Virus genome (UHGV): UHGV-1376855
Length of the DNA stretch: 43,043 nt
Direction: 5' to 3' (one strand)
Source: a virus
Shown here: positions 7,971 through 16,837 of the stretch, piece by piece
Layout of the letters: each line of letters opens with the position of its first letter
Numbering within the stretch: position 1 is the stretch's first letter
Program-made: the position numbers and the translations under genes
The notes under the pieces: generated by a model
What the model saw: only the letters and a program-made list of their open reading frames with translations
Database searches by the model: none
What the model was told of the DNA's origin: nothing

Positions 7971-9199
7971 TCCCCTTTCGCATTTTGATACCGTCTCGCC
8001 GCCCCTCTGGCCTTTGCAGCCTGTTCACGGCTCCAGCGGGCAATCTGTAATCTCTCTGACTGAGTTCTAAGGTTATTCTCCTTACAAAACTCGTTATATG
8101 CCTTATACTGCTTGGATAGCAAGTAGGATTTCCGGTCAAGCGCCTGCTGTAGCTCAAACTTTGCCGCCTTGTCCTGGCATTTCTCTACGGCCTCTTGCAG
8201 GCCCATAACCTCGCGCTTGGTCTTGCGGATGCGGCGTTCAAGCGTTCGCTGGCGTTGCTCTTTTTCGTACTGATTTCGATTTTCCTCTGTGTCTATTGGG
8301 TCATACGGATTATTTTCTCCATCACCTGGTCCAAAACTATGCCTACAATTTACTCCGCACAATCCAGTAATATCTCCATATCCTGTAGAGTAATAGAAAT
8401 CCGGGAATCTATGTCCATATTGCGGGAGACTGTAGAATTTTCCTTGCCAAAGTTCATGATTCTCTGGTATCCCCCCAACATTTCTTGCGCCCACATGCGC
8501 CGACACCAGCACAACTTCCCACTTCATTTCTACCATTCTTGCCAGCGTAATTTCCGCCGTAGCCTGTGCTATACCAGTCCGTATCGCTCGTGCTGTAGCT
8601 GTCTCTATCGTGTCATTTCTTATATCTCCAGTATTTTTACTTCTATATTGAACAAGTGTAATACCCCCACTGGTCACATTTTCTACGGCCTCTTTAACTG
8701 CTTGTGTGTAAGATGTTGCTCCACTCATAACTTTGTTATAGGCCATATCGCACTCGTTAATAAATAATCTTTGAGCAGATTGCGCGGTTGTCCTAGTGTA
8801 GTTTTTCCATTCCCCTAATGTTGCCAGGTAATTGCGTTCCATCAGCCGAATAAGGGCCGGGGATTGCGTCAGGGGCATAGGAGACAGGCCGGCGGCCTCG
8901 TATATTCTGTGGTCGTATTCCAGAGCTTTTATCCCGGCCTCCTCCATAGCCGCTTTAATCTCTTTCTCCTGCCTCTTGGTGTACTTGGATAACTCTGCTG
9001 TTATATCCTCCAGCAGATACCCTGCGTCCTGCAATACATGTATTCGCCATCGGTCAGAGGAGGTGAGCAGGTAATCATCGCCGCGGCCTATGCGTATCAT
9101 CATGCGGTCTATTATCTGACGGATAATGTATGTGTGAAGCTGTGAGGCTATTTCTTCGCTTCCTTCTGCGATTCTTGCAAGGTAATCAGGGCTTAACAT
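7967..9199 (-). CDS. minor head / head morphogenesis protein (SPP1 gp7 / Mu F-like)
   Basis: 410 aa directly downstream of portal; family-like central region and a Cys/His-containing C-terminal coiled tail. Confidence 0.75.
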   Translation of the reverse strand: MLSPDYLARIAEGSEEIASQLHTYIIRQIIDRMMIRIGRGDDYLLTSSDRWRIHVLQDAGYLLEDITAELSKYTKRQEKEIKAAMEEAGIKALEYDHRIYEAAGLSPMPLTQSPALIRLMERNYLATLGEWKNYTRTTAQSAQRLFINECDMAYNKVMSGATSYTQAVKEAVENVTSGGITLVQYRSKNTGDIRNDTIETATARAIRTGIAQATAEITLARMVEMKWEVVLVSAHVGARNVGGIPENHELWQGKFYSLPQYGHRFPDFYYSTGYGDITGLCGVNCRHSFGPGDGENNPYDPIDTEENRNQYEKEQRQRTLERRIRKTKREVMGLQEAVEKCQDKAAKFELQQALDRKSYLLSKQYKAYNEFCKENNLRTQSERLQIARWSREQAAKARGAARRYQNAKGE

Positions 9200-9305
9200 T
9201 TACTCTTCCTTCTTTCCCTTATGTCTAATCGACCATTCAAATACTTTCGGGGCAAATGGACCAAGTGGTATATTGAATACTATCCAAATTAATAAGCTTC
9301 TCAAT

Positions 9306-10733
9306 TTATTCCTCCTCAAACATCCTAGGTCCATCCTTCGGCTGTGCTTCCTTTACCATAGCTTTTGCATCTTCTTCAGATAATCCTTCAAACTTTCTAA
9401 AATACATCCAGGCCGGTACCTTTCCCTGTATAACATACTGCCACCATCTTGCCCGGTCCTCTTCGCGGTTATATGTAATGTCCCCAAAATCATATGTTAT
9501 TTCGTAGTTTCCGGCTGGTGCCATTCCGTACAGGTCCGCATATACATTAAGCGCATATATTGCCCCGTCAAGGCAACTTTCCAATTTGTCGCGCACATCC
9601 TTGATTAACTGGATAGTGCGGCGGTCATCAGCTTCTACTTGTGTTGCTGTGACCATACCTGTTTTTTCATCAAGCACAAAATATCCGTTGGAATATCCAC
9701 ACTTAAATCCCAGGAAAGAAAGTAAGTTATTAATTCCGGTTATTCTGGTATCAGTATTTAATGATGGATTAATCTCATGGTAAAATTCCCCATTACTATT
9801 TCCAAATACATTTCTTACATAATGTGGTAATTTAACTTTATTTACTCCTGGACGTTTTAAATTAGTTCCATCACCAAGCATTAATTGGTCATCAATTAAT
9901 ATGATTTTCTCACTGTCAAATATTTCACCTACATTCCGGCTATATGCCACATCCAGGTCCTTTAATTCCTCTATGGCCTCGGCAAACATTGGCAATCCCA
10001 AAGGTGATGAGATATCCAAATTGTTAGCCTGTGGAGTGCGGAGTACACCAAACATGGGGCCGTCTATTTTATCATTGTTAGCCTTGAGTATAGGCGGTGT
10101 ATCTGGAAGTAAGTCAGACCACTTAGTCCTGTTTAATGCTATCGGGTCACCCACACTTTTTGAAGAGTGGGACACATAGGCTCTATTGGATATGTAATAT
10201 GGGTAATAGGTGTTCTCCCCATCTTTGACTTCGACAAACCGATGATACTCAAATCGGGTATAGTATTTATCATTCTCGCTGTAGCTATCCTTAAATACGA
10301 TTCCGTATATACCTTCATTGTCGCAGTCTGTAATGATAAAATCCATTGGTGTGAATATGTCCAGTCCCTTTCCATTTGGCTTAAGGATGATTGTGCCGTA
10401 GGCCATACCATACTCTACCCAGTGGCGAATCTGGAAATATATCTTATCAATCTGCTCCTGGAGCCATGCCGCCCGCGCGCTCCCATCAATCTGTATTCCA
10501 ATTGCCAGGGTAGCAAGGCGGGCCGTCTCCGAGCATATAGCCTTTGCAAAGTTGATTGTCTTAACGTTATCATCAGCGTTTACCCAATATGGCGTACCCC
10601 GGTAGATATTGGCGCACTCTGTAATCTTGCTTTCCATCTCCGGGGATACCATTGACTCAACATTAAAATCTTCTTCTGCCTGTCGCTTGAATATCATTCC
10701 TATCACCTTTTTAGCCCATGTTATTAGTCCCAT
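9306..10733 (-). CDS. portal protein (SPP1 gp6-like)
   Basis: 475 aa between terL and the minor head gene; portal-like size and sequence. Confidence 0.85.
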   Translation of the reverse strand: MGLITWAKKVIGMIFKRQAEEDFNVESMVSPEMESKITECANIYRGTPYWVNADDNVKTINFAKAICSETARLATLAIGIQIDGSARAAWLQEQIDKIYFQIRHWVEYGMAYGTIILKPNGKGLDIFTPMDFIITDCDNEGIYGIVFKDSYSENDKYYTRFEYHRFVEVKDGENTYYPYYISNRAYVSHSSKSVGDPIALNRTKWSDLLPDTPPILKANNDKIDGPMFGVLRTPQANNLDISSPLGLPMFAEAIEELKDLDVAYSRNVGEIFDSEKIILIDDQLMLGDGTNLKRPGVNKVKLPHYVRNVFGNSNGEFYHEINPSLNTDTRITGINNLLSFLGFKCGYSNGYFVLDEKTGMVTATQVEADDRRTIQLIKDVRDKLESCLDGAIYALNVYADLYGMAPAGNYEITYDFGDITYNREEDRARWWQYVIQGKVPAWMYFRKFEGLSEEDAKAMVKEAQPKDGPRMFEEE

Positions 10734-10737
10734 TTAC

Positions 10738-10926
10738 TCACCTAATTTTTTCTGCTATTTTTTCGCCTATCAAAAACGCAAGATTAAATGCGCCAAAGGT
10801 TAGAAAAAGAAATAGTGTCAACGGCCAGAAGAACAATGGAAGCAAAGAAGGCTTTCCGTTTACTTGCATGGCCCCAGAAACAATAGTGCCAATTAACAAA
10901 TAAATTATAATCAATATATAAATCAT
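10738..10926 (-). CDS. small two-TM membrane protein
   Basis: 62 aa with two hydrophobic helices; RBS GAGGAGAGG; sits between terL and portal. Confidence 0.35.
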   Translation of the reverse strand: MIYILIIIYLLIGTIVSGAMQVNGKPSLLPLFFWPLTLFLFLTFGAFNLAFLIGEKIAEKIR

Positions 10927-12182
10927 GCGCTGTTACCTCTCCTCATTGATAGCGGGCTTGTAGCATAACGGAGAGCATCAATCCAGTGGTCATTTCCGTC
11001 TGGGTAATCCGCTATTACTTCTCCGTTTCCGTCTACCTCATGCTCATACTCTATTATTTCCTTGTATGCTCGTGGCGTGCGGGCCGGGTCTATAACGATT
11101 GTACGGCACTGCAACCACTCAAAGGTATATTTCCTGCTTCCTGGTGTTACAATGGCTTTACGTGCCGGTAAACCAGCGTCACGGAAGTCTATAATGCTTT
11201 CTTCTTCATCCACACCGCAATAGATTGTATAATCATCGTACCCAGCCGTCTGTATATCCTCAGCCATCTTACTATTACGGATTTTACAGCCGCCCATTTC
11301 ATCAAGCAATACAACCAATTCTTTGTTTGGTATGTAAGCGGCCCGGATAAATGCTTTGGGGTCCGGGAACCAGCCCCAGTCTTGCCCCTGATATATGCTT
11401 TGGTATTTCTGGATTTCCTCATCTGTGATTGTCCGTACATCCAGCATATCAAATATATTTGTACCAAGCCCAACCGGCAAGCCTAAATACTCGTGGTTGT
11501 ATGCCCGCTCATTGGTGGCTTTAAGATGTTCGGCGCGCTCAATAAACATTTCCCCCAGCCATTCAACCGGTACAGAACGGTAATCGCTTTTATGCCTATA
11601 CGCGCTATCGTCTGGAGTATTCACATACTGATTAGCCCAGTTGCTTTGACTGATAGGCGGGTTGAAGGATTTAAATACAACAAACTTGCTTCCACCACGC
11701 AACACTGACTGTTCAACAGTCCGTATTTCCTCCGGTCCTGCAAATTCATCCAATTCCTCAAACCACAAATATTTGAAGTATCCCTTACTAGCTTTAATTG
11801 ACTTTGTTTTCTTGGCTTTATCAAGTCCACGGAATATTATCTTTTGCCCTGTCGACTTATAAACGAATCTGTATGGGCTTGTACGGGATTCCCACAAATC
11901 CGTAACGCCTAGCGCGTCTATGGCCCACTGTATCTGTTCAAATACTGATTCTCCGATTGTCACCGCATATTTACGAAACACTACCGCATTGGCCTCTGGG
12001 TCATCCATCATACCCAGTACAATCTCCACAGATATGAAAGAGGACTTCGTGGAACCTCTCCCTCCGTACAGGTCATAATATGTATGCTTTCCGTCCATAA
12101 TATCCCAGTGAACACCATAGAAGGAAGGGGCGATTACATCAGTCAGATTTATTGTTGTCTGGTCTTGGTATGTTGTTGACAA
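10923..12182 (-). CDS. terL: terminase large subunit
   Basis: 419 aa; Walker A-like GGRGSTKS; ATPase then nuclease domain organisation. Confidence 0.9.
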   Translation of the reverse strand: MSTTYQDQTTINLTDVIAPSFYGVHWDIMDGKHTYYDLYGGRGSTKSSFISVEIVLGMMDDPEANAVVFRKYAVTIGESVFEQIQWAIDALGVTDLWESRTSPYRFVYKSTGQKIIFRGLDKAKKTKSIKASKGYFKYLWFEELDEFAGPEEIRTVEQSVLRGGSKFVVFKSFNPPISQSNWANQYVNTPDDSAYRHKSDYRSVPVEWLGEMFIERAEHLKATNERAYNHEYLGLPVGLGTNIFDMLDVRTITDEEIQKYQSIYQGQDWGWFPDPKAFIRAAYIPNKELVVLLDEMGGCKIRNSKMAEDIQTAGYDDYTIYCGVDEEESIIDFRDAGLPARKAIVTPGSRKYTFEWLQCRTIVIDPARTPRAYKEIIEYEHEVDGNGEVIADYPDGNDHWIDALRYATSPLSMRRGNSA

Positions 12183-12537
12183 TGGTAATCCCGCCGCCCT
12201 CCTGCTTCTTGTCTGTATCTATTTTACGCTTTGCCAGTTCCACCGCCGCTTTGGTCCTCTCTGACAAAGGAGCGTCAAGACCGAATTGGTCTTTTACTTC
12301 TCCGCGCATAACCGATGTAAGATATTGCAGTATTTCAGCGGCATCAGCTATGCGGCAATCATCAATCTGTTTCTGTCGCTCAGAGATATATGCAGAAACC
12401 GTAGGCTTCCGTAAGTTTTCACGTCCTATTGCGTCTGCTGTCCGTAAGCTGTAACCAGCCTTTCTCGCAGCTTCTGCCGCATTTCCACATTCTATGTAAT
12501 AATCTGCAAACGCTTTCTGCTTTGGTGTAAGCTCCAC
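12139..12537 (-). CDS. terS: terminase small subunit
   Basis: 132 aa; LTPKQKAFADYYIECGNAAEAARKAGYS is the classic terS N-terminal HTH. Confidence 0.8.
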   Translation of the reverse strand: MELTPKQKAFADYYIECGNAAEAARKAGYSLRTADAIGRENLRKPTVSAYISERQKQIDDCRIADAAEILQYLTSVMRGEVKDQFGLDAPLSERTKAAVELAKRKIDTDKKQEGGGITIVNNIPRPDNNKSD

Positions 12538-12726
12538 TTATCCACCATCCTTATCATACCTTCTGTTCCATGCATGTATAGCCTTTTTCCAACGGCAATA
12601 AAACGCTTGTATATCAAATGCTATACATCCCGGATTGCTACAGTGTATGCCTTTCAATCCGCCATTTCTTGTTTTTTCTGGACACCCGCCACAAAACGGA
12701 CAAGGTAACAATTTTATCTTTTCCAT
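12538..12726 (-). CDS. Lar-family restriction-alleviation (anti-restriction) protein
   Basis: MEKIKLLPCPFCGG...CSNPGC...AIHAWNRR matches the Lar family signature; start chosen at M12 of the track ORF. Confidence 0.55.
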   Translation of the reverse strand: MEKIKLLPCPFCGGCPEKTRNGGLKGIHCSNPGCIAFDIQAFYCRWKKAIHAWNRRYDKDGG

Positions 12727-12995
12727 CCCTTCACCGCCTTCCATATCTCCTGCAAGCACTTTACAATCTCAATCCCAGATGCACTCCGCAATATTTCATA
12801 ATCCCTTGTTTTCCATTCGCCATGTTTATCCTGTTGCAGCACAGGAGTGCTTAATATCCATATGGTTATCATGCGCCCCTGTTCCTCGCTGTAGAATTGA
12901 TTGGTGGATATCTTGATTACAAGTCTGGTCTGCAATATGGCACGCTGAAGCTTTTTCATAATCGAATTAAGATTCATCTTTTCTTTTTGCCTCAC
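12714..12995 (-). CDS. hypothetical protein
   Basis: 93-aa track ORF; start uncertain. Confidence 0.3.
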   Translation of the reverse strand: MRQKEKMNLNSIMKKLQRAILQTRLVIKISTNQFYSEEQGRMITIWILSTPVLQQDKHGEWKTRDYEILRSASGIEIVKCLQEIWKAVKGWKR

Positions 12996-13158
12996 GGTAT
13001 TCTTTACATACTTCCATATGTGAACACCATATGGTTGCTGTTGTTTTTCTCGTAATATTAGAATCCATCATGTTTCTATATAATTCAGTTTCATTTTCGG
13101 CTTTTGCATTAATATGAACGCAGTTTTCACAGCATCGCTTTAATAGATTAATAATCAT
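12967..13158 (-). CDS. hypothetical Cys-containing small protein
   Basis: 63-aa track ORF. Confidence 0.3.
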   Translation of the reverse strand: MIINLLKRCCENCVHINAKAENETELYRNMMDSNITRKTTATIWCSHMEVCKEYREAKRKDES

Positions 13159-13233
13159 GTTTTTACCCCATGTGGTATAATAGTCCTATATTAATTTTAC
13201 CATAAGTAGGACAATCAAACCGTCCCTCCATTT

Positions 13234-13677
13234 TTACATACTTTTAATTCTAGTAATTGGTATGCCAAAATCATTTGCTATTTTTTGTAATGATTCTATC
13301 TTTGGATTTCTGTCGCCTGATTCATATTTCTGTAAGGTAAAAACAGAAATTCCTGCTTTTTGCGCCAACTTTTCTTGTGTTAATTTTGCTTTTACTCTTG
13401 CTTCTTTTATTTGTTTTCCGGTATTAATATTCATTTTGAAGTTTTTATCAACTGTCATAAACTCCATCCGTATCAATTCATCTATCGTCATATTAACTTC
13501 TTTACAAAATGAATATATCAAGTTAATGCTTGGTTCCCTGTATTCATTTTCATAGTTTGAGTAAGAAGAGCAAGATATTCCAAGTCTTATAGCCATTTCT
13601 TTTTGCGAAATACCCGTTTTTATTCTTACTTGTTTCATTCTCTTGCCTATTCTTATGTAATTATTTATTCCTACCAT
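13234..13677 (-). CDS. tandem double HTH (XRE-family) DNA-binding protein
   Basis: 147 aa with two HTH_XRE-like segments (ISQKEMAIRLGIS... and LTQEKLAQKAGIS...). Confidence 0.65.
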   Translation of the reverse strand: MVGINNYIRIGKRMKQVRIKTGISQKEMAIRLGISCSSYSNYENEYREPSINLIYSFCKEVNMTIDELIRMEFMTVDKNFKMNINTGKQIKEARVKAKLTQEKLAQKAGISVFTLQKYESGDRNPKIESLQKIANDFGIPITRIKSM

Positions 13678-13915
13678 ATTGCATATTCTCCATTCGTGTG
13701 AAAAAATCGTTTTCTACTCCTAAAGCAGTTACAAGTTTTTGCAATTGTTCATCTCTAGGAAGTGAATGGTTATTTTCATATCTGCGAATCTGTACTTCGT
13801 GAATGCCACTTTCGCTAGCAAGCTTTTTTTGCGTCCAACCCTTATTTTTTCTTAGGATACGGATGCTATCACCAATTCTTAATAACTCGCTTGCCTTTAT
13901 GTGACTAATTGTCAT
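13661..13915 (-). CDS. HTH XRE-family regulator
   Basis: KGWTQKKLASESGIHEVQIRRYENN; ATG with GGAGGTG RBS. Confidence 0.65.
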   Translation of the reverse strand: MTISHIKASELLRIGDSIRILRKNKGWTQKKLASESGIHEVQIRRYENNHSLPRDEQLQKLVTALGVENDFFTRMENMQYGRNK

Positions 13916-14214
13916 CCTTTCCACCTCCCAAACAATGTCATTAACCGCCTGTATTCATCGAGCGTCTTTCTTTGATACCCATAGAAATCATCCCGCTTAA
14001 TTGGTATGTTCTTCCTCTTACTCAGCTTGTCATATCCGATGTTACCTACAAGGCTCTCATATATCTCAACTTCCAAGCCAGGAGCGGAGGATATGGCGCA
14101 CTGGAACAATGTAAGCTTATCTTCTACGCTAGCGGTCTGGCAGTATTCTTTTATGCGCTTGGCTTCATCATCAGTAATACCATAGTCACTATAATTCTTG
14201 TCCCTGGTCCTCAT
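13912..14214 (-). CDS. hypothetical protein (possible regulator, unassigned)
   Basis: 100-aa ORF with RBS AAGGAAAG; no recognised domain. Confidence 0.4.
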   Translation of the reverse strand: MRTRDKNYSDYGITDDEAKRIKEYCQTASVEDKLTLFQCAISSAPGLEVEIYESLVGNIGYDKLSKRKNIPIKRDDFYGYQRKTLDEYRRLMTLFGRWKG

Positions 14215-14413
14215 GGCTTTCCTTTCTATACATACACTTTCTCTTGCCGAACGAATGGTATGTGGCGTAGACTGTGCATAATACCGCTCCGTAACTCCCG
14301 GATAAGAAGAGTTGCAATATGTATCCGTTCTGATTGTCTATGCTGTCTTTCATTTCCATTGGCAGCGTATTGATTCGTTCAATCACTACGTCTACCAAGT
14401 TCTTTGTTAGCAC
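14189..14413 (-). CDS. hypothetical ORF without a clear start (possibly the frameshifted N-terminal part of 13912..14214)
   Basis: 74-aa track ORF with only GTG/TTG starts and no RBS; overlaps the next gene by 26 nt. Confidence 0.2.
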   Translation of the reverse strand: MLTKNLVDVVIERINTLPMEMKDSIDNQNGYILQLFLSGSYGAVLCTVYATYHSFGKRKCMYRKESHEDQGQEL

Positions 14414-14444
14414 TTTCCATCATTTCCATTACATCGCTGCTCAG

Positions 14445-14475
14445 ATAGTACGTAAAAGCCACTAATCTAATACTG
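14445..14475 (-). terminator. 11-bp perfect hairpin AAGCCACTAAT-N9-ATTAGTGGCTT followed by a short U-run on the minus strand
   Basis: lies ~170 nt downstream of the 14644..14934 gene. Confidence 0.4.
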
Positions 14476-14643
14476 ATTAGTGGCTTCAATAAATTCTTTC
14501 ATCATTTTTGATAATTGTTTGGCTTGCGTTGTTCCTGCCGCTTCACAAGCTTTTGCAAAATCCTCTACAAGCGTTTTATTAAGCTTATAGGACTTGCTAA
14601 TTAATCCGGCTTTTTTCTGCCATCTTTCTTGCGGCGTTCCCCT

Positions 14644-14934
14644 TCATATTGTTTTCCATTCAAGTGTAATCCTATGATTTTCTTCATCATACCAGCTTAA
14701 TACCGGTTCATCTTCCCAACTTGATATGATTTCGTCAGCCATATAGGTCTTACCCTCCGGCGTATCAATAAGCAGCTCCTCAAATTCATTCCGGGATACT
14801 TCCCATTTGTCTGGCAATGTGATTTCAATTTCTTCACTCACAGTTGCATGTGGGTGTTTTCCCGAAACAGTGAAGATTATCTGCTTCTCATGTGTCAATA
14901 CTCCGTAATTTGCGAATCCTTTGATTGTTGTCAT
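14644..14934 (-). CDS. acidic 96-aa hypothetical protein (stand-alone moron; possible DNA-mimic/anti-defence candidate)
   Basis: own consensus promoter upstream and a hairpin downstream; ~25% Asp+Glu. Confidence 0.5.
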   Translation of the reverse strand: MTTIKGFANYGVLTHEKQIIFTVSGKHPHATVSEEIEITLPDKWEVSRNEFEELLIDTPEGKTYMADEIISSWEDEPVLSWYDEENHRITLEWKTI

Positions 14935-14997
14935 AGTGTTTACCCCTTTTTCTTAATTTTATAAATTCTTTTTATAATATGTTTCCTAACTGTCTTT

Positions 14998-15026
14998 ATT
15001 ATAACATAGGGTACACCCAATGTCAA
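14998..15026 (-). promoter_or_regulatory. consensus sigma-70 promoter TTGACA-17-TATAAT on the minus strand
   Basis: exact -35 and -10 hexamers at 17-nt spacing, ~55 nt upstream of the 14934 start. Confidence 0.55.
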
Positions 15027-15110
15027 CATTTTATTTCCACTAATCAATATTAAATTTTCAATGTACGTTTAAATTCTAATATTGCTATTGTGTAATTCTC
15101 AAAAAAATGC

Positions 15111-15221
15111 TATAATCAATTTAAATAATAGGGAACGCAAAGCCGCCAGTAGACCCTTGTGAGGTTGCAATTCCTCACCTTTGTAAAACGTCGGGCAGGG
15201 CCGCAAGGCTCTTTTTTATTC
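15111..15221 (+). ncRNA. candidate ~95-nt small RNA (extended -10 TGcTATAAT promoter to intrinsic terminator)
   Basis: plus-strand promoter at ~15088-15116; internal 6-bp hairpin GTGAGG-N8-CCTCAC; terminator AGGGCC-GCAA-GGCTCT followed by TTTTTTATT that is stable only on the plus strand (G-U pair); no ORF. Confidence 0.3.
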
Positions 15222-15359
15222 CCAAAAGTTTTAAGTTAATGGGGTTACATTCCATATAGCATACTCATGCGGGTCATTCTCTGCAATGTCTTCCCCGTCC
15301 ATCGTTGCCGCTATATCATTAGCTTAACTTTCGTTTTCTACCTCAATCACAATTTATTT

Positions 15360-15392
15360 CAGTTTTTCAAAATAAAAACCACCAACCGTTAT
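15360..15392 (-). terminator. putative rho-independent terminator (ACCAA-N6-TTGGTGG followed by TTTTTATTTT) ending the early-left operon segment
   Basis: hairpin followed by a T-run on the minus strand immediately after the 15389 stop codon. Confidence 0.35.
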
Positions 15393-15562
15393 TGGTCAGT
15401 GGTTCTTACAGTCTCACTTTCATTGACTTCTTTTACTGCCTTGGAATATGCTTGCATCATATATAGCCAAGCATCACCTTGCGTTTTTTCGTAACTGCTT
15501 TCGCATTCTTTGTAATGTTTTTCGAGCCGTATCATTAATGAGTCTGCATCAATCAATCTCAA
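15389..15562 (-). CDS. small hypothetical protein (~57 aa, TTG start)
   Basis: strong RBS GGAGGTG 6 nt before TTG; not in the track (below 60 aa); coordinates approximate. Confidence 0.3.
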   Translation of the reverse strand: MRLIDADSLMIRLEKHYKECESSYEKTQGDAWLYMMQAYSKAVKEVNESETVRTTDQ

Positions 15563-15751
15563 GGTATCACCTCCAAAACTTATTATCCACTAACCAATAT
15601 ATTGTTGTCAATGTGCAAACCCAAATTTCACTGTTTTAGATGATAAAAACTTGTTACTTTGACTTTAAATCTTGTCCATGTCTTCCCATTTCGCTCAAAA
15701 ATGCTTATCTCCATCTTACGCCTCCATCAAATTCTAATAATGTCAGTTTGT

Positions 15752-15934
15752 CTAACAACCTTCAATCGCCTTGCCTTCACATTGTACTTTTACTTTTGCA
15801 AATGCAGCAAAGTATCTATCGCATCCGCCTTTATCACAATCACAAAGAGTAATCTGTTTTTCTGTTATGTTCTCTGGATTGATTACGATATTATTTTCAA
15901 ATCCACAATATGGGCATTTTACTTTTATTTTCAT
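15752..15934 (-). CDS. small zinc-ribbon protein
   Basis: 60 aa; CPYCG...CDCDKGGCDRYF Cys pairs. Confidence 0.45.
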   Translation of the reverse strand: MKIKVKCPYCGFENNIVINPENITEKQITLCDCDKGGCDRYFAAFAKVKVQCEGKAIEGC

Positions 15935-15952
15935 GAATAAACCTCCTTAATC

Positions 15953-16138
15953 TCAGTTTATCTGAGTGGCCGCTATTGCCGTATGTAATGACAACATACA
16001 GTCTCTGCAAAGCATTATTGTTGTCCATCCTTGCCCAGTTGTCGATGCTTTGATTTCCCAGATTTCCGTATCATTTGACTGCTGTCTGCCGCAATCATTA
16101 CAGACTCCATGTCTTTTACATTTTTGGATTTTTACCAT
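15953..16138 (-). CDS. small zinc-ribbon protein
   Basis: 61 aa; CKRHGVCNDCG...CRDC. Confidence 0.45.
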   Translation of the reverse strand: MVKIQKCKRHGVCNDCGRQQSNDTEIWEIKASTTGQGWTTIMLCRDCMLSLHTAIAATQIN

Positions 16139-16175
16139 TGTTCATTTCTCCTCAAAATATTAATTTCTTCTGGCT

Positions 16176-16358
16176 TTATTTCTTCTCAAAAAAATCACAA
16201 TTACACTCTTTATGGAAGTCTTCCTCTTCCAAATCATATTCTCTTTTACAATCCTCAGATTCTGGATAGCATTTCATCTTATCTTTATTAGCATGTGCAC
16301 AAAACGCACAGCCAGGAACTTTCTTGCCCCATGTACTCATAATTCTCTCCCTTTTCAA
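16176..16358 (-). CDS. small Cys-rich protein
   Basis: 60 aa; CAFCAH...CYPESEDC...CNC. Confidence 0.4.
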   Translation of the reverse strand: MKRERIMSTWGKKVPGCAFCAHANKDKMKCYPESEDCKREYDLEEEDFHKECNCDFFEKK

Positions 16359-16390
16359 ATGAAATCACGGTTTGGTTCGTTTTCAAAATA

Positions 16391-16678
16391 TCAGTTTTCC
16401 TGTTTTAAAAGATTCTGAATCTCACGGATATGCCGCCGAATATCTCCGGTCTTTTTAGGTCCCAAGTCAACGCACATGTCGTCCACGGCTTCTTGAAGAT
16501 TGGCAGCCATACTTGATAATTCATTTTCTGGATAATACTTTTTTATTGTAACGCTATCTGCTGAGGCATATATTTCCATAGGTGTTCCTTCGTTTATTCC
16601 TAACTTCCTCCTTATTTCCTTCGGCAGCACTATCCGCCCCAAATAGTCCACTCTACGTACAATTCCTGTTCCATTCAT
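16391..16678 (-). CDS. AbrB/SpoVT-family (swapped-hairpin) transcription regulator
   Basis: GIVRRVDYLGRIVLPKEIRRKLGINEGTPMEIY closely matches the AbrB N-terminal DNA-binding domain. Confidence 0.75.
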   Translation of the reverse strand: MNGTGIVRRVDYLGRIVLPKEIRRKLGINEGTPMEIYASADSVTIKKYYPENELSSMAANLQEAVDDMCVDLGPKKTGDIRRHIREIQNLLKQEN

Positions 16679-16837
16679 ATTTTATATTCCTTTCTCCGGT
16701 TCTCCCGAAAATGCTAAGTTAGGCAAGTAAGCGATACCAGCGTGTTTTCATTTCAGCTGGAATTTCCTGCCCTCTGTTTCGTTCTCCCGTCCAATGGGTT
16801 CCCCCAGCTTCCCCGTCACATACAAAACCGCTGGCCT

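Noticed and set aside
8195-8767. 190-aa plus-strand ORF
   Set aside because: Lies entirely antisense inside the well-supported minor head gene and has no RBS; it is a chance ORF.
10167-10655. 162-aa plus-strand ORF
   Set aside because: Antisense inside the portal gene.
13160-13233. Extended -10 elements (TGGTATAAT on the plus strand, TGGTAAAAT on the minus strand) as a late promoter
   Set aside because: AT-rich intergenic region where such matches arise by chance; no -35 and no supporting context.
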